Below, one piece after another: positions 12,280 through 27,033 of a DNA stretch of 64,000 nucleotides. The DNA lies in the NCBI GenBank assembly GCA_951406725.2, contig OX597819.1, positions 56,296,001 through 56,360,000 of the forward strand, given 5' to 3'. Position 1 is the first letter of the stretch. Each line of letters starts with the position of its first letter. This DNA is from Octopus vulgaris. Taxonomy: Eukaryota. The notes beneath the pieces were generated by a model. It ran no database searches, was not told the origin of the DNA, and saw nothing but the letters and a program-made list of their open reading frames with translations. The position numbers and the translations under genes were made by a program.

Positions 12280-13500
12280 CTACCTACCTATCTATATATA
12301 TTCCTGTGTGACTGCGTGTGTATGTTCGCAAGTGCCAAAACTATACTATCTCTAGCGGTCGAACATACATCACCGATCAGACCAAGTAAAGTGGAAATCA
12401 CGTGAGCTGGTGGTCTTGGCGCTGGAGTTAGTGGGGTTTTATCTTCTCGCTAGCGATATGCAGTTTACACCAAAGGGAAATATGAGAGTTTCTGTCATGG
12501 TATTTACCGCAGTAAAGTTTGTTCTAACAGAACATACAGGTATAAGTGGGAATAAGTGGGAATAAATATTACCTCTCTATAATAAAAAAAAGGTCAAAGA
12601 TCAATATACATATTCTTTTTTCTCGGGGATTTCTCTTAGTGATGCAAGTAAAATGAAATATATTCAACTCGATGCTTATATTACATTCGTAGTCACTTTA
12701 CTGAGACTTAACTGAAGTCTTTCAGCGTTAGCCAGTCTCTTTTCCAATTATATATTAAGAACCTACTTCATGACGTCCAATTTTTCATAAAATTATGACA
12801 CTTTTATGTCAAAAGATACCTTTAATGCAAAGCAAATTTCTATCAGATAGTGAAAAATATTTCGATTGCAGACACTTTTCATTAGTTAATTCAAAGAACA
12901 TAAATTTTGACTTTAAATATCAACTATTTCCGATGTTTCTTTTAATATTCAGAGCTTAATAAAATTGAATAACATTAACATATTAGTGGAGGTCGAATAA
13001 CTGCTCGACCCTCATACTGCAATAAATAAATAAATAAATAAATAAATAAATATATAAATAAAAAAACTAAAGGAAAACTGTTTTGTACTTAATCGAACTG
13101 GAAGAAGAAATCAATATTGATACAGGGTTGGTTTGCGAAGGAAGGAAGAACTCTATTTCTGTTATGTAGATCAGTGCTGCTGTGACAGGAGTTACCAACA
13201 AAATTCTATCGAGTTTTAAGAAAAGTTCATTTATTTTTATGACATTGCAACAAAAGAATCTGAACGTGCGCTATTTTAGAATCTTTTAAATGCACAGTGG
13301 TGTATATTTTTCGTTTTTCCAATTCTCAGAGACCTTTAATATTTCGCCACATACATTACGTTGAAGATATTTTTTATTTAAGAATCGATATTTCTGTTTC
13401 TTCAATGTTATATGTCGTTAAAGGTTATACTTTCAAAGGCATCCCTAACCTACATCAACCCTGTTCAACACTGAATCTATGCATGAGTCATCAAACTTAT

Positions 13501-13567
<67 letters not shown>

Positions 13568-14100
13568 AGTATGTGCGTGTACTTATATGTATATATGTGT
13601 GTGAGCGTGTGTGTGTGTGTGTCTTAATTTTATCTGACATTCGTCACATATAATTGTATCATAACAACAATAGATTTCCTTTCAAGAAAATTTCCTTTTT
13701 CCGAATTCCATCCAATAGGTTACTGAATATATATTTAGGCAGAATCGTTCTATGCATGCAACACTATTTCAACTGAATCCCTAAGCCAGAAAATGTTAAT
13801 AAATTCATTTAAATGAAGGCATTATTCAACCAGGATTTAATTAGCGTCTGTCTAGTGTCAGCAGATAGATGAGCAACAACGTATGCCCCGGATAGTATTA
13901 TATCAGATAAATATACACGATGGATATTCTGATGAGAATTATGTTCAGCTAGAGAAACGCATATACAAATATTGTACCGTCACACAAACAATGAAGCGCC
14001 TGCTAAACATCTAGAGTCTCAGACTATGAGGCAGGTATCAGGATCAGATCTATTCCGCCATCTATTTTGTAATATGTCTCACGGTAGATACACAAATATT

Positions 14101-14265
14101 CTTTTCTACTCGTGGCACAAAGCCCGAAATTTTTAGGGAGAGGGCCAGTCGATTAGATCAACCACAATACGCAACTGGTACTTAATTTATCGACCCCGAA
14201 AAGATGATAGGCAAAGTCGACCTCGGCGGAATTTGAACTCAGAACGTAAAGACAGACGAAATACC
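14101..14265 (-). mobile_element. SINE family B (tail 2), 3' part; its 5' part resumes at 17804
   Basis: Matches 46447-46613. It stops at ACAGACGAAATACC and resumes at ACAGACGAAATATC-GCTAAGCATTTCG. Confidence 0.85.
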
Positions 14266-16665
14266 AAATTCTTTATTGCTCACAAGGGACCAAACACAGA
14301 AATGGACAAAACAACAGATTGGGATCAGTAATACCTTATGATTTTACATAAAATATGAATATAAAAATTATTTAAAATATAAAAAAATCAAATGAAATTG
14401 ACAATACAGAGACAACACAAATGTAACGATAACCAGGCCACGCTCCGACTCCACAAGCCCCGATCTATCAGTGGTACCTTTGTTTGTTCTTCTTTTATAG
14501 TTTATTCACACGGTCCCTTGCACGCACAACACCCGTGCAACATGCCTCCATCTTTTTTTTTAACATACTCTCTGACAGACACATCTTCTCCAGCCACACC
14601 TTCCTTTTCAAATGAAGCGTAAAAAAATGATTTTAACTCATGGCTGGAGATAAAGTTGCTTGTCTTAATCCCTTTTATCCTAGTCTTCCATACTGCCTCT
14701 TTCGCTATTGGTACAACCGTGAGAAAACAATTCTTATCTGCGTTTGTTAAATTTAACTTTCTTAAAACCTCCGGTAGGTCAACTTTTATTATTGACTCGG
14801 TCGACAGCCGTACTCATCGTTCGCCGGACAACAGCTTTTGACAAGAATCAGAGCGTTTCACAAGTGGCGACCTGCTCTTCCACAAAAAGCGAAAGAGCTG
14901 TCTCTCCAACCTGATCAACCACGAATCCGGACAGGGCATGACTGTTAGGCGGTAGGTAATGACCGATGCGATAAACACATTGGCCAAACCAGATTCCAGC
15001 AAGTTAACCGGTCCCTCTATCCAGCGCCCAACAACGCTGTCTGAAGGCATCGACTTGCGAAGGCATCGACTTTTTCCAGTTAATCTTTGCTCTTGCCACC
15101 GTCTCGTAAACCTCAATAGCCTCACCCACTTCACGTAGGCGTGCTACTGTAGTTACGCTGATAGTGATATCGTCCGCGTAAGCTGTAACAAACTCCTCTA
15201 AACCTGGTTTTCTCTAAGAATGTCACTCGACCTTCGCAGTAGGGGCTCAAGAGCCACCACATACAAAAGTGGTGAGAGCGGACATCTTTGACAAACCGAG
15301 CGCCTGATATAGAAAGGCTTCGAAAGGAAACCGTTCACCCTAATCTGGCGATAAACTCATTCTGTTGCCAGTTCGCGTACACGTCAACCAGTAGGTGCCC
15401 GAACAAGTCTGGCATAAATCTATACAGCTCGAACGGAACACCATCAAGTCCCGGTGACTTACCCGATTTACAGTCGGCCGTAGCCTCCATCACTTCCACA
15501 GGTGTGATCGGCCCTTCGCAAGACTCTGCATCCGACCCCGAGAGGCACGGCAGCTCAGCAAGAAAGTCCTCGGGGACTCCCCCACCATCAGGACCGTCAT
15601 CAGCTCCGAACAGCTGGGAGAAGTTTTCCCGAAAGGCTTCACATATCTCGAGTTCGTTTACCGAGACACCATTTTGATTCGTCAAAGATCGAATAGTGGA
15701 ACTATTTCCTTGTCGAGCTCCTACCACTCGGACCCATCCAGCGGCCTTGATTCCTTCACTTCCCATCGCACGTAACTTAGCTCTGGCAATACTTCCCCTG
15801 TTTTGGGCTTCAAGATGTTGGTTTAACTCCAGTCTTTTCACCCTCGCTTGGTCCGCATTACCAGTCCTCCAGGCTTCTTCTAGTTCCTTAACTATACCAT
15901 CTCTTATTCTACGTCCCTTCTTAGCTAATCTTATGCTAAACCTAATAGACACCTATTTTATGGTTCTTTTTAGGGCGTACCACCATTCCTTATAAATGAT
16001 GGTACCTGCCTGTGTCCTCTGTATTAACATCTCGATCCGCTTTCTGTACTCCTCAATCGCTAAAACGGACATATTGACTCGGAGAAGCGTATTTCTCATA
16101 GCCGTTCAGGAGGGTGAGGAATATCTCTTGGTCCCTTCACCCAGGTTTCCGTTGCAACAATCACATCCAATTTTCTTGACCTGATGTCATGTAGGAAATG
16201 CCCTTGCTTCCAGCTAGACATCAGGCCACAAACATTTACACAACCAATGTGAATAGACATGACTTACATATTTGACTCGGGTGTCCTGTGGAGAGGGACT
16301 CTCCACCTTTACTTGACATAGGATCGGAAGTGGCAAGTCTTGAAAAATAGATTGATTAAAATCCAATCTCATCATCGACACCGACTTTCTATACGTGTTA
16401 AGTAATACATTATGAGTCTTTTTATCCATTTTGTAGAACTCGTAGTTCTTATATTTTAAAAAAATTCTGCAATCCTAGGGGCTGATTGTTTTCTCTTTTA
16501 TTTCTCTCATTAAATCTTCATTTTTGCTGTATAACGCGACTATCCCTCTGTCTTCTGCTCTTTTTGGTTTGTCTCTTTTCACAGTTTTTTTTGTCTTATT
16601 TCGACCTGATTTTGTTGATTTGAGCTTTCATTTTCTCTTATTGTTAGTTGCTTTCTTTTCTTCTG

Positions 16666-16715
<50 letters not shown>

Positions 16716-17803
16716 CCTCTTCACTATCGGATTCTTCCTCACCGCCTCTACAGTCTATATTTTATATGTACTAGCTGGCCACACTGGACACATCGGGGCT
16801 TACACCTCTCGACGAATGCGTTAAAGAATTCTTCACCAATTTCTATTTTCTCCGGTAACTGTTCTAAAATTGACTGTTCTGCGTGTATTAGGAGGCGAAC
16901 CGTTTAACCAGTCCAATAAGCCTTTTCGGTGACGGTAGGCTGAAGGAGTGTTATATTATCTTCCTTTTTTGCCAGGACTTCCGCCATCAACAACATAGGG
17001 TCGACATGAGGTCGGACCCTTGTTATACGTATCTTTGACGCCCGGGTTCCCATATATATCGGAATTAAAAGAACGTCCTCCGTTTCTAAAGATTTAACTG
17101 AGTGCATTTGTGCAGTTTCTATATCTTTTAGTCGTACTTCGATAGTACCAAACTTCTTTCCTCTGGCTAGGTATGTAATATCCTGCCAGATGGGTTTCAA
17201 GCACTTCTCAACTCTCTCTTCGCTCACTCGATCAATTTTTTCCCCTATTAGGCAGTAAGATTTTAAAACAATTGTTTTTCTTTTTTCTAACATTAATGGT
17301 TCTTCCGGTAGGGTTGAACTTTCACAACACCGTCTTCAATTCTTATCATATCTTTGTACTTTATCATGTCATATTTGTTTGTCGACAGCTGGCGGATTCC
17401 ACCTCCAGCCGCCGACGAAAAACTTCTTTTTTGATTATTTTCTTCTGTTTGAAGGCATTTCACGTCAATATTCCTCTTTGCAACAGTACACATTGATGGT
17501 TGGGGAAATTCCCTTTCAGAAGAAACCGAAATATCGCCAAATATTAAACTTACAATCTTTTTTGCCTCCCTGTCGGTTGACGACTCTTCGCCAGTCAAAG
17601 TCACACTTTTCAGCATCTTGCCAGCAATTAATGTTTCCCCCACAGGGGAAAACACATGATAGTTTCCGAACGAAGACTATCACACAAATAATTATAACAG
17701 GAACAATAATTATAACAGGAAATAACACAAAAACAGTCAATAGAAACTTGCACTTACTATACAGACGCACTCCAATAATAATTACCAATAAATCCAAACT
17801 CAC
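14266..17803 (-). mobile_element. decayed, internally deleted L1/Tx1-clade LINE with ~14-bp TSD
   Basis: ORF1 remnant ~16750-17655 with knuckle CVQCGQLVHIK. ORF2 remnants include KSPGLDGVPFELY, QRCPLSPLLYVVALEPLL and AYADDITI (~15161-15184). TSD ACAGACGAAATA(C/T)C at 14252-14265 and 17804-17817. Confidence 0.85.
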
Positions 17804-17850
17804 ACAGACGAAATATCGCTAAGCATTTCGCCCGGCGTGCTAACGACTCT

Positions 17851-18265
17851 TATTTCTTTATTACCCACAAGGGGCTAAACATAGAGGGGACAAACAAGGA
17901 CGGGCAAACGGATTAAGTCGATTACATCGACCCCAGTGCGTAACTGTTACTTATTTAATCGACCCCGAAAGGATGAAAGGTAAAGTAGACCTCAGCGGAA
18001 TTTGAACTCATAACGTAAGACGGACGAAATACCTATTTCTTTACTACCCACATGGGGCTAAGCACAGAAGGGACAAACAAGGACAGACAAACGGATTAAG
18101 TCGATTATATCGACCCCAGTGCGTAACTGGTACTTATTTAATGGACCCCGAAAGGATGAAAGGCAAAGTCGACCTCGGCGGAATTTGAACTCAGAACGTA
18201 GCGGCAGACGAAATACCGCTAGGCATTTCGCCCGGCGTGCTAACGTTTCTGCCAGCTCACCGCCT
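17851..18265 (-). mobile_element. tandem pair of SINE family B (tail 1)
   Basis: Two units joined at GACGAAATACC|TATTTCTTT (18033/18034). Complete tRNA-like head at ~18175-18265. Confidence 0.9.
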
Positions 18266-18549
18266 TGGTAGATATACAAATATTATTGTAACTCAGGTGT
18301 TGTAGCCATCCGATAGTACCAGTAAGGCTTCACAATAACTTTATGATTTTCTTTTAAATTCAAATATATTGCAATAATATTGTTTCAGTTAATTCAGTCA
18401 GTTCAATGCTACCGCGTGAAAAAATATAAGATAATTATAAGGATTTATTAAAAATCAAAGCACATCAACATGTAAGACATCAGAAAGTGGCTAGGCACAA
18501 ATTTCATAATTTTTTATAAGAATCAAGACACACACACACACGCGCACAC

Positions 18550-18626
<77 letters not shown>

Positions 18627-20389
18627 CAACGGATGAGATCCAGAGATTCTTGATGTAGAAAACACATAGCGCTCGAATTATTCGAACATAGACTCTGGTA
18701 TCTTCACGAGGAACCAGTTCCACAGGGTAAGAGTGGCTATAAGAATAATCGAGGTGAGCAGATATGTAGGCAATTATGAGGATAAACAAATCTAACAGCT
18801 TTGGTTTGGTATACAAGATGTCCATATTTGTATACATGCAAACAGAAAGAAAGCAAAGACTGACGATTTTCAGACGATGAATATTTAAGTATAAATATGT
18901 AGGTATTTATATTAATAGATCAAAATTACACAGAGAACAAACGACAGTTTCTGGGGCTCGGAGATCAATCATAATGTTGCTAGATGTAGTTAACCAAAAT
19001 ATGAAGCCCGTAATAGAAGCAAATGAACATTGGATAAATTGAACCTCCATCTTCGGGGTAGAAAAAAGATCTTACGTTTCAAACCACGATAATGAAGGCT
19101 CGATTTATGCTATAGATATCTATTTTGGGCTTGTAATCTGAAATCAAGAGAGATATCAATTACATTCCATCTGCCATCCAGGGATAATTTGATTTCGAAT
19201 CTATTATATCTTTCGTTAAACTGTCTCTAATTTCAGGTTAATACGAAGATGGCTAACCACAAATCACTAGACTGAGACCAAATTGCACTTTGTTTCTACT
19301 TACATTCCATAAAATTTGATGTCGGTATTATTCAAGTCGTTGTTTACTCAACCTCAGTCCATCAGCCTTGAGATTTATTTAGCAAAATTTAGCTGCGCAT
19401 ATTAAATAGAAAATAAACCTGTTTAGTTAAATGTACAACCTCATAACTTCTACTACTACTACTACTACTACTACTACCATCACCACCACCACCACCATCA
19501 CATTATTTAATGGCGTGAAAATGTTTAATGTTGTATATTTTGTACTGCAGGTCCCTTCGCCATCTTATTTTACTAACAGCATTTACGAAAACGTTGCAAG
19601 CTTTTATCATACAATATTAACGTTAAACTCCAATATCACTGTTGCTGCTATGTTAACTTTAAGAGGTTTCTTTTTTTGTTTTGTTGTTTAGAGATAAATG
19701 CTCTGCATATGGACTTGGAAGGTGCAACACATATCTCACACATTTGCCTTTAGGTGAGTTTCATCAATAGCATTAATGAAATTAAAACTATTGACATTCT
19801 TTCAGGTTTTAAAACCCATGCATTGATTGTAGCATTTCATTCATTCATATTCATTTTCTTCCCTCATTTTCTGAAGCAAATGCCTTTCAATGAGAATTAG
19901 CTGCATGGTTTTACTTTGCCCATTCAACCTGCGAGCGCTTATCAAATACTATTCATAGAAAGACAGCAGACACTAGTCACACCTTAAATCTGTTTGAATT
20001 CCTGTTGGCATGGTTTAAAGATATGTAATGAGTTCGTATTTTATGCTTAATGCTTCGGTTCTTAGGCCAACTATTGCTTGCACTCAACTGTTCACTTTAT
20101 GAAAATATCAAATTAATAAGAAATCAACTAGTTCCCCAAACTATTTATTTGATTCAGTTCTAATACGACTGTATACAGGGAACAAACAAAATTGAACAAA
20201 CTTATTAGCACGGTAAGGAGAGGGACACACAGGGCCAAATGAATGATGTTAATGAATTCCGAACATAGTAAAGGGAAATTATTAAGAAATTTAAATTTAT
20301 TGCCACACAATGCATGCGTAATTTAAATTTTGTATTATGCACGCCTCCAATGTGTAATTTAAATGTTGATAAACTAAATTTTGGAGTTA

Positions 20390-20722
20390 CTCTTTTACTC
20401 TTTTGCTTGTTTCAGTCATTTGACTGCGGCCATGCTGGAGTACCGCCTTTAGTCGAGCAAATCGACGCCAGGACTTATTCTTTGGAAGCTTAGTACTTAT
20501 TCTATCAGTCTTTTGCCGAACCACTAAGTTACGGGGACGTAAACACAACAGCATCGGTTGTCAAGCAATGTTGGGGGGACAAACACAGACACACAAACAT
20601 ATACACACACATACATATATATATACATATATACGACGGGCTTCTTTCAGTTTCCGTCTACCAAATCCACTCACAAAACTTTGGTCGGCCTGAGGCTATA
20701 GTAGAAGACACTTACCCAAGGT
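20390..20722 (-). mobile_element. SINE family A (5'-truncated)
   Basis: Matches the family sequence shared by the in-window copies. Confidence 0.9.
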
Positions 20723-20801
20723 ATAGAAAAGCGAACGGGAAATTGCCCTAGGCGCATGGATGGAAAATGGTAAGCTGGAAGGAAGGAAAAGATGGTAGAG
20801 A

Positions 20802-20916
<115 letters not shown>

Positions 20917-21547
20917 AGGTATTAGTGACAGGGTTGAGAAAAACGGAAGGATAGAGTTGAAAAAGTGATAAGGTGGATTGTGTAGAGGAGGGGCGAATCA
21001 GAGATGATCCAACTTGCATGACGTGAACATGGACAGAGGGCGTGAAGAAAAAGAGCCCAAAATTTAGGACTTTAATATGTGGTGCTTATTTTAAAGAGAT
21101 TTGTGTTTGCTCAGAAATATGACCAATACTTTGATTAGATTGGTAGTGTAATACAAATCTTACTTCGACGTTGTTGGCTATTCATAGCTCGATGTACCTG
21201 ATATATTTAGTACTCATGGTAGTAATAGCACAAAGAAAAAAAAAAACAGCGAATCAAACAAAACAAACAAACATAAACCAAGAAATGACGAACGAGTCAG
21301 CTGCTACAGTGATGACGAAAATATTACATACCTCAAAAGAAAACAAAATCAATATTTCTCGTAACAAATTTCCATTTATGGAAATGTCAAAGGTGACATC
21401 AATTCCTAAGGTGTTCCATTTTCAAAACAATATTTACATGAATAAATATGATCAATAACCGAATGTTTTTCCGACAGTTCAATACACGCAAGCGTACGTA
21501 GATACGTAGGTACATATATATATATACATATATATATGTATATATAC

Positions 21548-21616
<69 letters not shown>

Positions 21617-21653
21617 AATATATATATACATATATATATGCATATATGTATAC

Positions 21654-21690
<37 letters not shown>

Positions 21691-21761
21691 TATATGTATA
21701 TATAGATATATATATATACATATAAATACATACATACATACATATATATATATACATGTAT

Positions 21762-21815
<54 letters not shown>

Positions 21816-22183
21816 ACATACACACATACATACTAAGTTCTTAGATCTTTTCACCATTTGACTAAGAACACCCAAATTATATACATGTATGTTTATACAT
21901 GAACACATAAACCCACACTAATGCACACATGTAAATACGCACACATATCTATATGATGTATTTGGAATTTTGATTGAAATACGAACTTATCGCTCTCTGA
22001 CATCTTTTCTGAATAAGATTTGCAAACATCAAAAATATAAACAACGTTGCACAATTGTAAAATACTTACAGCTATGAATAGTATAATCTCTTAATATGCA
22101 TCAGATTTAGTAAGTGATTTTTTTTCTATGTAAACGGACAAAATGCAACCAACATATTTGGGGATTATATCTACTCATAGTAT

Positions 22184-22218
<35 letters not shown>

Positions 22219-22410
22219 ATACTAAGCAATAAAGGGTTTAGCAACGAATTGCCTTACCACAGACCGAATTTAGAAATAGCAGTCAAAGAGTTATAGCTAT
22301 TTCTTCTACTAAAAAGGGAGATCTCAGTAAAAGACACAGCAATTGGAAGGCAGACACAAACAGGTAAGAGAGAATGAATTGACGGCAATCTATCATACAA
22401 TTTTAAGTTA

Positions 22411-22510
22411 TCTACGGACGCACGTTTCGAAATCAAGTTTTTAGGAAAGCATGAGAATTAAATATTAAATAATTCTACGTTACCCAAACTTCTTTTCTCT
22501 TCAGCGTAGA
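22411..22510 (-). ncRNA. type-I hammerhead ribozyme (inverted copy)
   Basis: TCTACG-CTGAAGA-GAAA...TTTC-GAAA-CGTGC-GTC|CGTAGA. Confidence 0.85.
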
Positions 22511-22650
22511 ATACTATAATCATAAGTGAATTTATATTGAATTTTGAGATACTAGAAGGCACCAACTCAACTCAGTATCAGAGCGAGCTAGAATCCGCAA
22601 CTAGTATCACCAAACTCAAAGTGTGAATGAAAGGATTGTGTCACCAGCCC

Positions 22651-22744
22651 CTGAAGAGAAAAGAAGTTTGGGTAACGTAGAATTATTTAATATTTAATTC
22701 TCATGCTTTCCTAAAAACTTGATTTCGAAACGTGCGTCCGTAGA
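22651..22744 (+). ncRNA. hammerhead copy lacking the 5' strand of stem I (inversion junction)
   Basis: Begins exactly at CTGAAGA. The remainder is near-identical to 23246-23339. Confidence 0.7.
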
Positions 22745-23239
22745 TAACTTAAAATTGTATGATAGATTGCCGTCAATTCATTCTCTCTTACCTGTTTGTG
22801 TCTGCCTTCCAATTGCTGTGTTTTTTACTGAGATCTCCCTTTTAGTAGAAGAAATAGCTATAACTCTTTGACTGCTATTTCTAAATTCGGTCTGTGGTAA
22901 GGCAATTCGTTGCTAAACCCTTTATTGCTTAGTATTACTTAAATTTTCCTCGAATGAGGCTTTTACATGCCGAAGACTACTTGGTGTAATTGATAATTAT
23001 TCCAAATTAATTAATTTCACCCTTCATTATTACGGATAACCATATTTTATCTCAGTAGATGACCATAGCATCTTGTTTTGGCTACACGCGGGTGGGAAGG
23101 GGCTGGTGACACAATCCTTTCATTCACACTTTGAGTTTGGTGATACTAGTTGCGGATTCTAGCTCGCTCTGATACTGAGTTGAGTTGGTGCCTTCTAGTA
23201 TCTCAAAATTCAATATATAATCACTTATGATTATAGTAT

Positions 23240-23339
23240 TCTACGCTGAAGAGAAAAGAAGGTTGGGTAACGTAGAATTATTTAATATTTAATTCTCATG
23301 CTTTCCTAAAAACTTGATTTCGAAACGTGCGTCCGTAGA
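23240..23339 (+). ncRNA. type-I hammerhead ribozyme
   Basis: Stem I TCTACG/CGTAGA, core CTGAAGA, stem II GAAA/TTTC with a long insert, GAAA, quasi-palindromic ACGTGCGT stem III. Predicted GUC cleavage after 23333. Confidence 0.85.
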
Positions 23340-23632
23340 TAACTTAAAATTGTATGATAGATTGCCGTCAATTCATTCTCTCTTACCTGTTTGTGTCTGC
23401 CTTCCAATTGCTGTGTTTTTTACTGAGATCTCCCTTTTTAGTAGAAGAAATAGCTATAACTCTTTGACTGCTATTTCTAAATTCGGTCTGTGGTAAGGCA
23501 ATTCGTTGCTAAACCCTTTATTGCTTAGTATTACTTAAATTTTCCTCGAATGAGGCTTTTACATGCCGAAGACTACTTGGTGTAATTGATAATTATTCCA
23601 AATTAATTAATTTCACCCTTCATTATTACGGA

Positions 23633-23749
<117 letters not shown>

Positions 23750-23759
23750 GTGTGTGCGT

Positions 23760-23947
23760 GTTTTATTTGTTTTGGTCATTTGACTGTGGCCATGCTGGAG
23801 CACCACCTTTAGTTGAGCAAATCTACCTCATGACTTAATTTTTGTAAGCCTAGTACTTATTCTATTGGTCCCTTTTGCCAAACCGCTAAGTTACGGGGAC
23901 GCAAGCACAGCATCGGTTGTCAAGCGATGTTGCGGGGACAAACAGAA

Positions 23948-24004
<57 letters not shown>

Positions 24005-24153
24005 TACGACGGGCTTCTTTCAGTTTCCGTTTACCAAATCCACTCACAAGGCTTTGGTCGTCTACCAAATCTACTCACAAGACTTCAGTGGGACTGAACC
24101 GAGAACTATGTGGCTCGTAAGCAAATAACTTGCCACACAGCCACTCCTACGCC
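23760..24153 (-). mobile_element. SINE family A
   Basis: Family match. Head ends CCACACAGCCACTCCTACGCC. Confidence 0.9.
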
Positions 24154-24449
24154 TTACATATATATAACGTAAACATCAAAGTGTAGGTTTATCATTAACA
24201 TTTTATCACATAATCTATATTGTGAATACCAAGTATTATTTTCCTCATTTGTTCCTACAAATACTACAAAATCTAGCTTAGAAAACCCACACTGGATATG
24301 TACGTCCCTAAAACAATTCCACACAAACATACACATTAACTCTATGACTTCACCACTGCTGCAACTGCCACACATACACTTCACAGTACCCCAGTGAAAC
24401 ATTAAACAAGTTTCTCACCTCCAAGTGGTCCCTGCAATGTGTGTGTGTG

Positions 24450-24598
24450 TGTGGTAAGAAGCTAGCTTCCCTACCACATTGTTCTGGGTTCAGTACCACT
24501 GCGTGGCACCTTGGGCAACTGTCCTCTACTATAGCCCCGGGCCGACCAAAGCCTTGTGAGTGGATTTGGTAGACGGACACCGAACGAAGCTCGTCGTA

Positions 24599-24647
<49 letters not shown>

Positions 24648-24860
24648 GTGTGTGTGCCTGTGTTTGTACCGCCCATCATCGCTTGACAACCGATGCTGGT
24701 GTGTCTATGTCACCGTGAATTAGCGGTTTGGCAACAGGGACCGATATAATAAGTTCTAGGCTAACAAAGAATTAGACCTGGGATCGATTTTTGGGACCAA
24801 CACCCTTTAACGTGGAGCCTTAGTATGGTCGCTGTCAAACGATTGAGACAAGTAAAAGAT
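24450..24860 (+). mobile_element. SINE family A
   Basis: Family match. Confidence 0.9.
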
Positions 24861-24946
24861 TAAATAAATAAATATGCATGTATATATGTATGTATATATT
24901 TATATGTGTATATATATGCACACATATATGTATATGTATTTATGTA

Positions 24947-24986
<40 letters not shown>

Positions 24987-25754
24987 CTATACATGTACAT
25001 ATATATATACGTATATATATTTATACACTTGCATGTATTGAACTGTCGCCAAAACATTCGTTTATTGATCACATTTATTCATGGAATCAAGCCCCCAGAA
25101 TCCAAACATCTCTTCTCTCAAATTACATCTTTTCTTTTCCTCGCGTTTCCTCTTCATACTTTATGATTTTCTTCCACTCCCCATCCCTGTTCTTACTGCC
25201 CTGTTCACCAAATCGCTGCTTTCCCCATCCCACTCTTTATACCCAAGTTCTCACCAGTCATTGCAGTCACCACCCCACTAAATACACCTGCCTTCTTGGC
25301 AATACCTGGCCACGTATATTATGTCCCCGTACCTTCAGAGCATGCCTTGGCAATTGCCACCATTCATCTCTCTCTATTCCTTACTCTACCTTCCCATCTA
25401 TGTTCTGAACCTCATTTCTTGTGATTATACCCTGGTTCTTCACCTACTTCTGCTCTCTCTTTCAATCTTGTCATCTGCCATTCTTTCTCTTTTTCTTGTT
25501 CTTCCCTCTGGCTGGGTAACCGTGTATCTCCACTACAACAGCACACCTGTTTCTATCCGTTTTCTTGTTACCACTCTTTCCCTCTCGTTCTATTTCTTTT
25601 TCCCTCTCTCTCCTTCCTCTCTTTCTCTTGGCCGAGTAACCATGTACCTCCTCTTTAGCAGGACACTTATTTATGCCTCTCTGTCTCTTTTTCTCTCACA
25701 CTCTAATCTTTCTTCACCTGACACAAAACCACCTCCTTGCAAAATTCCTTTTCT

Positions 25755-26050
25755 TGCAAGTTACTTGGCGGCCCTGCCAGTGCTGCTGCCACGTAGAAAA
25801 ACATCCAGTCCACACTGTGAAATGGTTGGGATTTGGAAAAGCATCCAGCTCTGAAAACCATGCCAAAACGGACCTCGCTTGTGCTGGTCCCAAGTAAAAA
25901 GCACTCAGTCCACTCTACGAGTGGGCAGTTGGTGTTAAGAAGGGCATCCCACTATAAAAATCATGCCAAAACAGACACAGTAGCCTGTAGGGGTCTTCTA
26001 CCTGGCCGGCTCTGTCAAACCATCCAACCCATGACGGACGTTAAATGACG
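25755..26050 (+). mobile_element. SINE-like repeat with internal duplication
   Basis: Duplicated CAGTCCACA...GCATCC...CATGCCAAAAC subunit and a GGACGTTAAATGACG end. Confidence 0.5.
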
Positions 26051-26086
<36 letters not shown>

Positions 26087-26136
26087 TCATAATCAAAGAT
26101 ATGTATATATTTATGTATAAAGTATATATCATACAT

Positions 26137-26171
<35 letters not shown>

Positions 26172-26467
26172 GGTATATGGTTATATGTTTATGTATATAC
26201 ATACATACAAGATTACATAGATATATATACATGTACTTTAAGTGTTCTTAGTCATATGGCGAAAAGAACTAAGAACTCATACGATATATATGCATAAAAA
26301 CATAGACACGCGCACACCCATAGACATTCCTTGCACATACATACATACGCACGCAAAATGCAACTGTTGCACATCTCGAATTGGTATCGGGTAAACTGTA
26401 TCTGAAGAAGGTATTCAATTCCATTATATACATATCGCAACATTTTTGTTATCAACTTGTATTACTA

Positions 26468-27033
26468 TTGGGTTGTCCGGAAAGTTCATGCCGATTTTTA
26501 AAGGAAAGAAAAAGGTCAATAAATATTTGACATTACATTTTTAGCCAACCAAATATGAACCATTTTGTTGCACAATGCGTCTCCATCTTTCCTTTAACTT
26601 GAAAATACCCTCTTCCCAGAATTGAGGTGGTTTCATGACAAAGAATTCATCAAGGTATCTTTTTACGTCATCCAAGGAATTGAAATTTGTACCATTAAGA
26701 CTATTCTGCAGAGACCTGAATAAGTGGAAATCCGAAGGAGCAACATCTGGTGAATATGGAGGGTGGGGTAACACATCCCAGCCGAGCTGCAGCAATTTTT
26801 GTCTGGTTCCCAAAGCATCAAGATCCGAAAATGAACTTTCTTATCTTCCAATTTAAAGGGTTACAGAATTAACACAGGTTACAGGGACATAAATCTTCTT
26901 TCACGAAAAGATAGCTTAATCTGTGCTCTAGATGGAGGTGTAGTCAGATCCTATTTTATGGACTCAACCATGTTCTAAAATAAGTCGAAAGGTAAGCTAC
27001 AATAAATGGGCACGAACTTTCCGGACAACCCAA
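26468..27033 (-). mobile_element. internally deleted mariner transposon
   Basis: TIR TTGGGTTGTCCGGAAAGTTC(A/G)TGCC at both ends with TA TSD. Transposase C-terminus 26541-26813 contains HPPYSPDVAPSDFHLF. Confidence 0.95.

Noticed and set aside
13925-13970. CTGATGA...GAAAC hammerhead-like spacing
   Set aside because: No stem II or stem I complementarity.
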